Of a DNA stretch of 64,000 bases, positions 59,638 to 64,000 are shown piece after piece. The notes below the pieces were generated by a model. It was not told where the DNA came from. It saw nothing but the letters and a program-made list of their open reading frames with translations, and did no database searches. The DNA comes from an uncultured bacterium (GTDB taxonomy: Bacteria; Chloroflexota; UBA5177; JANWHV01). Each line of letters starts with the position of its first letter. Within the stretch, counting starts at the first letter, position 1. The stretch is from assembly GCA_963827235.1 (NCBI GenBank), contig CAWHAE010000014.1, forward strand, positions 128,001-192,000, in the 5' to 3' direction. The position numbers and the translations under genes were made by a program.

Positions 59638-60114
59638 CTAGCCGAGCTCGGCGGCGCGAGCCTGAGTCAGCCGGATCAGGTCGGCAGGGGCGATCTCGAT
59701 GTCGAGGCCGCGGCGTCCCGCACTGACAAATACAGTGTCGAAGTCCAGCGCGCTGGCGTCGATGAAAGTCGGGAGCCGGCGCCGCTGCCCGAGGGGACTG
59801 ATTCCGCCCACCACGTAGCCGGTGAGGCTCTCGGCCCGGCTGGGCTCGGCCATCTCCGCCTTCTTGCCGCCGGCAGCCGCCGCCAGCGACTTCAGATTGA
59901 GCTTCACTTTCACCGGGATGACGGCTACTGCCCACGTACTGCCGTCGATGCATGCTACTAGCGTCTTGAATACTCGCTCTGTCGCCACGCCAAGGGCCAA
60001 TGCTGCTTCCAGGCCGAAGGATTGGGCAGCGTGATCGTGTTGGTATGCATGCACTCTCACGGTTACGCCCGCACGCACGGCGGCGTTAATGGCAGGAGTG
60101 CCTCCGGTCGACAT
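59638..60114 (-). CDS. ybaK: Cys-tRNA(Pro) deacylase
   Basis: TPA, VFKTLV, TGYVVGGISPLGQ, VSAGRRGLDIE. Confidence 0.93.
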   Translation of the reverse strand: MSTGGTPAINAAVRAGVTVRVHAYQHDHAAQSFGLEAALALGVATERVFKTLVACIDGSTWAVAVIPVKVKLNLKSLAAAAGGKKAEMAEPSRAESLTGYVVGGISPLGQRRRLPTFIDASALDFDTVFVSAGRRGLDIEIAPADLIRLTQARAAELG

Positions 60115-60351
60115 CACGTTCCCTTCACGCGCAGTCCTGCGCCGGTAGAACCCGCGAGTACACCACAGCAGACCCGCCGCGAAAGCAGTGTACCGCCGGC
60201 ACGGTCTACGGGCGCCTGGGCACATATGTGTCCGAATTGACGTGGTAGCATTCCGCGCGAGTCCCGATTCATGACACAATAGAAGCAGACATGGCACCAT
60301 GAAGGTGGATGGCTTGGGTGGGGCGATGCGTGATGACAGTCGGCGGACGAT

Positions 60352-61311
60352 GTGAAGCGGCTGATTCGCAGCACCCTTCTCCTGGCCGGTGCCGTGGCCG
60401 TGCTCGCGGCACTGCTGTGGTACGGCGATGCTCCCCGGGTTGCCAGCACTGTATCCAGGTTTAGGCCGTCCTTCATCTTCTGGTTCATGCTGTTGCTCCT
60501 GGCGCAGGAGGTGGTGCGCGGCGTGCTGTGGAGCATGCTGCTGCACGCCCTGGCCATGCGGGTGCCGTTGTCGACCCAGACGTTTGCGTTCGCCGCCGCG
60601 GAGTCCGTCAAGGCAGTGCCGGCCGGCGCCTATCTGCAGAATTATCTGCTTCAGCGGCTGAGCGGCAGCGACGTCGGTCGCTCGTCGGCGGCCACGACGG
60701 CGATGATTCTGGGCGAGATCGTAGCCGCCCTGCTTGGCGTGATCGCCCTGAGCGTAGGCACGCTCGGCATGTGGGTGTCACTGGTCGTGGTGGTGGGTGC
60801 GGTTGCGACCTGTGTCGGGCTGTGCCTGTGTGTCCTAGCACCCTTTGCGGCCCACCTTCCGGGACGCCTGCTCCGACGCAGGATCGTCGCACGGGCCCTC
60901 GACGAGCTCAGGCGCTTCCGTGCCGGCATCTCCGTGTTGATGCGTCCGAAAGTGATTGTCGCGACGCTGGTCCTGAGCGCGCTCTACATCGTGTTCGCGG
61001 GTATTGATCTCTACGTCGTCGTGCGGGCCCTGGCGATCGGCGGCGTTACGTTCAGGCAGACACTGGTGGTTACCTGCTTCGGCCTGGCATTCTACGTGAT
61101 CTTGGGGTCGCTCGAAGCAGCGGGCGTGGCCGCATTCCTGGCCTGCGGCGTGAACAAGAGCGCCGCCGTCAGCGCGATTCTGGTCAATCGCGCTCTGGGT
61201 GTGGCGGGCATCCTCGTTATGGCGTGTATCGTCATGGCGCTGTTGCCGGACGAATGGCGGAGCCTGTTTCAGATTCACAGCCAAAGTCCGACGCCGGGTA
61301 CCGCCGACTAG
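60352..61311 (+). CDS. Flippase-like (LPG-synthase-TM) membrane protein
   Basis: Multi-TM; VRGVLW, PAG, GSLEAAG, AILVNR. Confidence 0.7.
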   Translation: MKRLIRSTLLLAGAVAVLAALLWYGDAPRVASTVSRFRPSFIFWFMLLLLAQEVVRGVLWSMLLHALAMRVPLSTQTFAFAAAESVKAVPAGAYLQNYLLQRLSGSDVGRSSAATTAMILGEIVAALLGVIALSVGTLGMWVSLVVVVGAVATCVGLCLCVLAPFAAHLPGRLLRRRIVARALDELRRFRAGISVLMRPKVIVATLVLSALYIVFAGIDLYVVVRALAIGGVTFRQTLVVTCFGLAFYVILGSLEAAGVAAFLACGVNKSAAVSAILVNRALGVAGILVMACIVMALLPDEWRSLFQIHSQSPTPGTAD

Positions 61312-61447
61312 CAGCCGGCCGAGCGGGCAGCGCCCACCTCCCATGCCCCACGAGTCGTAATGGGGAGTGCCTCATGGCCCGCCAGGTGCGGAGCTCACTT
61401 CACCCGTGGCAGATTCCACCAGGGCCGGACTATAGGGTCGAGCCCTG

Positions 61448-62278
61448 CTATTCGGTCGCGCATTTCCAGATTAGCAGGCTCACCAGCACGGGGATCAGAG
61501 CTAGCAGCAGAAGCGGCACCTCCAGCATGAAGCAGAGGCAAACCACAAATAGGCCCTGCACGCCGGCGCACGCCGCCAGCCAGTTGCGGTCTTCCTGTCC
61601 CACCAGGTTGACGAGGAAGCGCGTGCTCCAGCCCGACGGCTCCTCGATCAGGTCGGTCGTCGCCTGGGACCAGCCCAGCTTGCGTTCAATGCGCTCGAGG
61701 CGAGCTCGCCTCTCGTCCTGCACGCGCGCACCGGCCAGAAGCACCCTGCCCGCCTCGCTCACCGCCGTCTCGAGATGCGTCACGATGCAGTCCAAGCCAA
61801 GCATCATGACGGCGTCGACGGTCGTGATTGGCTCATATGCGCGAGCCAGCGCTCCGGTAGAACCGCTTTCTTCGCGCTCGGGACTCGGGGTCACCCGTGC
61901 CCAGCACACCGCCGTCGAGTCGATGAGCTCCTGCTCCTGCTCCGTCGGCCGGTACAGGTCGCGTAGGTGCCCGAAGCGGCCCAGCTCGACCTGATCCTCC
62001 TGCCGGCCGCTGCCTGCCGAAAAGACCACGGTAGGCTGCGGCAGCTGATCCCATATTCGTGCGCTCGCTTCCAGGACCGCGTTGGCGGCCCAGACCTCGC
62101 GCTCGAGCAGCTCAGCAGCAACGTGCTTCTGCTCTTGCCAGTACATTGCCAACGTCACACACGTGTCGGGAAGCGCGGATTCACCATGCACGGCCCGCAG
62201 GAGATCCTCCCGGAACGCGCTGCTGTCTCGAGTGCTGATTGCGCAAGAACTGAAGCTGGGCTGTTCCATGCCATTCAT
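61448..62278 (-). CDS. Hypothetical protein with a C-terminal hydrophobic hairpin
   Basis: 276-aa ORF filling the gap; helical soluble part followed by two hydrophobic segments. Confidence 0.6.
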   Translation of the reverse strand: MNGMEQPSFSSCAISTRDSSAFREDLLRAVHGESALPDTCVTLAMYWQEQKHVAAELLEREVWAANAVLEASARIWDQLPQPTVVFSAGSGRQEDQVELGRFGHLRDLYRPTEQEQELIDSTAVCWARVTPSPEREESGSTGALARAYEPITTVDAVMMLGLDCIVTHLETAVSEAGRVLLAGARVQDERRARLERIERKLGWSQATTDLIEEPSGWSTRFLVNLVGQEDRNWLAACAGVQGLFVVCLCFMLEVPLLLLALIPVLVSLLIWKCATE

Positions 62279-62615
62279 CCCTAGTCGTCCGCCCGCCGCG
62301 TCCGTGGAAGCCGGCGAGGAGTCAGTGCGACCTTGGCTGTGCCCCGGTCGCTGCTACGAGCAGCCGTCATACAAAGGGTCTAGGGGGGCTGCAGGCCTCC
62401 GCCTGCAGGAGCGTCTCAACGCCGAGTGGACCGGCGACTGATCGGTCAGCACACCAGCCATTTTACGCTGTCTGATCTATCAATACGACATCAGCGCCGT
62501 TTTGCCAAACCCTGCCGTGGGTGCGATCGGCAGGCTGCCGGGGGGCCTGGTGCCTTTTCGCCTGTCTAGAGCCGGGGCGCGCACGCGCACGGATCCGGCT
62601 GCCTGCCGGCATAGG

Positions 62616-62644
62616 TTGACAAGATTCCCGACTGGGAACACAAT
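62616..62644 (+). promoter_or_regulatory. Sigma70-type promoter
   Basis: TTGACA (62616-62621)-N17-CACAAT (62639-62644); the spacer contains the palindrome TTCCC-gact-GGGAA. Confidence 0.7.
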
Positions 62645-62653
62645 ATATAGTGT
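62638..62653. promoter_or_regulatory. NrdR box
   Basis: ACACAATATATAGTGT matches the consensus acaCwAtATaTwGtgt at all 16 positions; weaker copies start at 62668 and 62700. Confidence 0.7.
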
Positions 62654-62708
62654 GTAGACGACTCAAGCTACTACATAGCGCGTGCTGGCGCGGAGGTGGT
62701 ATCTACAT

Positions 62709-63014
62709 ATGGATGCGACGGGGACGAGCGCCGGCGCGAACCGCCGGCTGATACCGCCCAGGATCGGTTGCGAACAGGCACTGGTGCTGCGGCGCCTCAC
62801 TGGACGCTGGCTTCTGCTGCGCGATGGCGAAGCCGTACGCTGGTGCTCCGATCGCGGCTATCCCGTGCCCCCGTTCCGGACCGTGCGGCGCAGTGTTGTG
62901 GAGTCGCTGGCTCGACACGGTTGTTTGCGCCCGGTAACGCTTCGTGCCGGTCGCCGGTATCTTTCAATCAGCAACGCGGGCCTGCAGGCACTCGCCAGGC
63001 ACGATCGCGGGTAG
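62709..63014 (+). CDS. Small basic hypothetical protein, winged-helix-like
   Basis: GGAGGTG RBS; VVESLARHGCL...YLSISNAGLQAL resembles a wHTH recognition helix plus wing. Confidence 0.65.
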   Translation: MDATGTSAGANRRLIPPRIGCEQALVLRRLTGRWLLLRDGEAVRWCSDRGYPVPPFRTVRRSVVESLARHGCLRPVTLRAGRRYLSISNAGLQALARHDRG

Positions 63015-63175
63015 CGTCCCCTCCGGTCCAGGCCACTCCTCCTTTCTGGGCTATAGCGTCCGGCGCCGTGTTCTGTTCCAATAGCAGAGGTGCGGCGGCG
63101 GCGCCGTGCTCAGGCACTCGGCTCGACGAGACGTCGAAATCGCCGGCACCGGGCACTGGAAAGGAACCAGGTATC

Positions 63176-64000
63176 GTGAGTTTGCAGCGAGCAGTCCACG
63201 CTGGCTGCGCTCTGGTTCTTACCACACTTCTCGTGACGGTGTTTCGCAGCGGCGCTGCCCGAAACATCCTGTCTGCGGCTGCTCGTGTCGGAGCGCCTAC
63301 CCTCGTCCTCGCCCTGGCACTCACGATCGGGTCCATGCTTGCTTACGGCGCGATCTGGACGTGGGTGCTGCGGTCGATGGGCTCGCGTGCGCCCGCAAAG
63401 CTCGGACTGGCCGTCTATGCCGGATCGGGTCTGGCCTCCTACGCCGGATCGGGTGCCGGAGCGCTGGCGGAGTGTGTCGTGCTGCTGCGGCGGCACGGCA
63501 TCTGCGCAGGACGTGCCACTCTTCTGCTCGCCTTTGGCAGTTTGATTGGCTTCTGCGGATCGGTAATCTGGGCTCCCTGGGGACTGTCGCTGCTGCAGAC
63601 CTCTTCAGTAATGCGGGCACTGCCCGCTGTTGGTGCTCATGGCATGGTGGCTGCTACCTCGGTGACGGCAGTATGTGGAGTAGGCTCGTTGGGCGTGCTG
63701 CTGCTGCTTGCATCAGCGCCTCGTCTCGGACGGCGAACCCGTCTCATACGTGTCATCTCGGGCTCTTCGAGTGTGCCACTGTGCGTCTCAGTGCCCGGAT
63801 TGCTCATGCTCGTGCCCTGCTCGGCGGCGGCATGGCTCGTGGGAGCTAGTCCGCTCTGGCTTTTGGTAAGCGCGGCCGAGCCCCATGCCGCTATGTCGCT
63901 CGCCGCGGCAGTCGGCATCCAGTCTATGGCGGCGGTGGCAGGCAGCGTGACGTTCTTCCTGCCCAGCGGCCTCGGCGCCCGCGACGGTGCCATCGCGGCG
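63176..64000 (+). CDS. Flippase-like (LPG-synthase-TM) membrane protein, truncated by the window end (absent from the ORF track)
   Basis: Open frame from the GTG at 63176 to the window end, multi-TM, ending ...VTFFLPSGLGARDGAIAA. Confidence 0.75.
   Translation, partial: MSLQRAVHAGCALVLTTLLVTVFRSGAARNILSAAARVGAPTLVLALALTIGSMLAYGAIWTWVLRSMGSRAPAKLGLAVYAGSGLASYAGSGAGALAECVVLLRRHGICAGRATLLLAFGSLIGFCGSVIWAPWGLSLLQTSSVMRALPAVGAHGMVAATSVTAVCGVGSLGVLLLLASAPRLGRRTRLIRVISGSSSVPLCVSVPGLLMLVPCSAAAWLVGASPLWLLVSAAEPHAAMSLAAAVGIQSMAAVAGSVTFFLPSGLGARDGAIAA

Noticed and set aside
59360-59953. 600-aa fusion ORF extending DUF362 upstream (similar extensions on hss, the PLP enzyme, hisZ, ybaK)
   Set aside because: The extensions are open-frame run-ons; RBS position and domain boundaries place the starts downstream.
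1-64000. CRISPR array, tRNA/rRNA, transposase, integrase, prophage or defence genes
   Set aside because: I saw no spaced direct repeats, cloverleaf or relevant protein motifs by eye; short or divergent elements could be missed.

Overview
GC-rich bacterial chromosomal segment, densely coding, with about 58 genes. Gene content suggests a monoderm Chloroflexota-like organism (inference only). It carries housekeeping genes (hemB, hisZ-like/hisG, yvcK, def, ndk, lipA, aroE-aroK-aroB, ybaK) and dispersed cell-surface glycosylation genes (O-antigen-ligase/TPR protein, WecA-like transferase, five GT4 enzymes, UDP-sugar epimerases, three flippase-like membrane proteins, an LCP). It also has a co-directional sugar-use block (ABC transporter, GH38 alpha-mannosidase, IclR, iolB, iolD) and a divergent homospermidine synthase / PLP sulfhydrylase-like pair. 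I saw no tRNA, rRNA, CRISPR array, transposase or phage gene. Four genes are each broken by one extra base, most likely sequencing error. Best leads: (1) a 16/16 NrdR-box match over a sigma70 promoter driving a small unknown winged-helix-like protein rather than a ribonucleotide reductase; (2) a LexA-type box in front of a Rad52/SSAP-like gene; (3) a possible mannosyl-inositol catabolic locus; (4) a bidirectional promoter and structured leader linking hss to a PLP enzyme; (5) several long structured intergenic regions; (6) several enzymes with apparently degenerate active sites. All calls were made by eye, without database searches.
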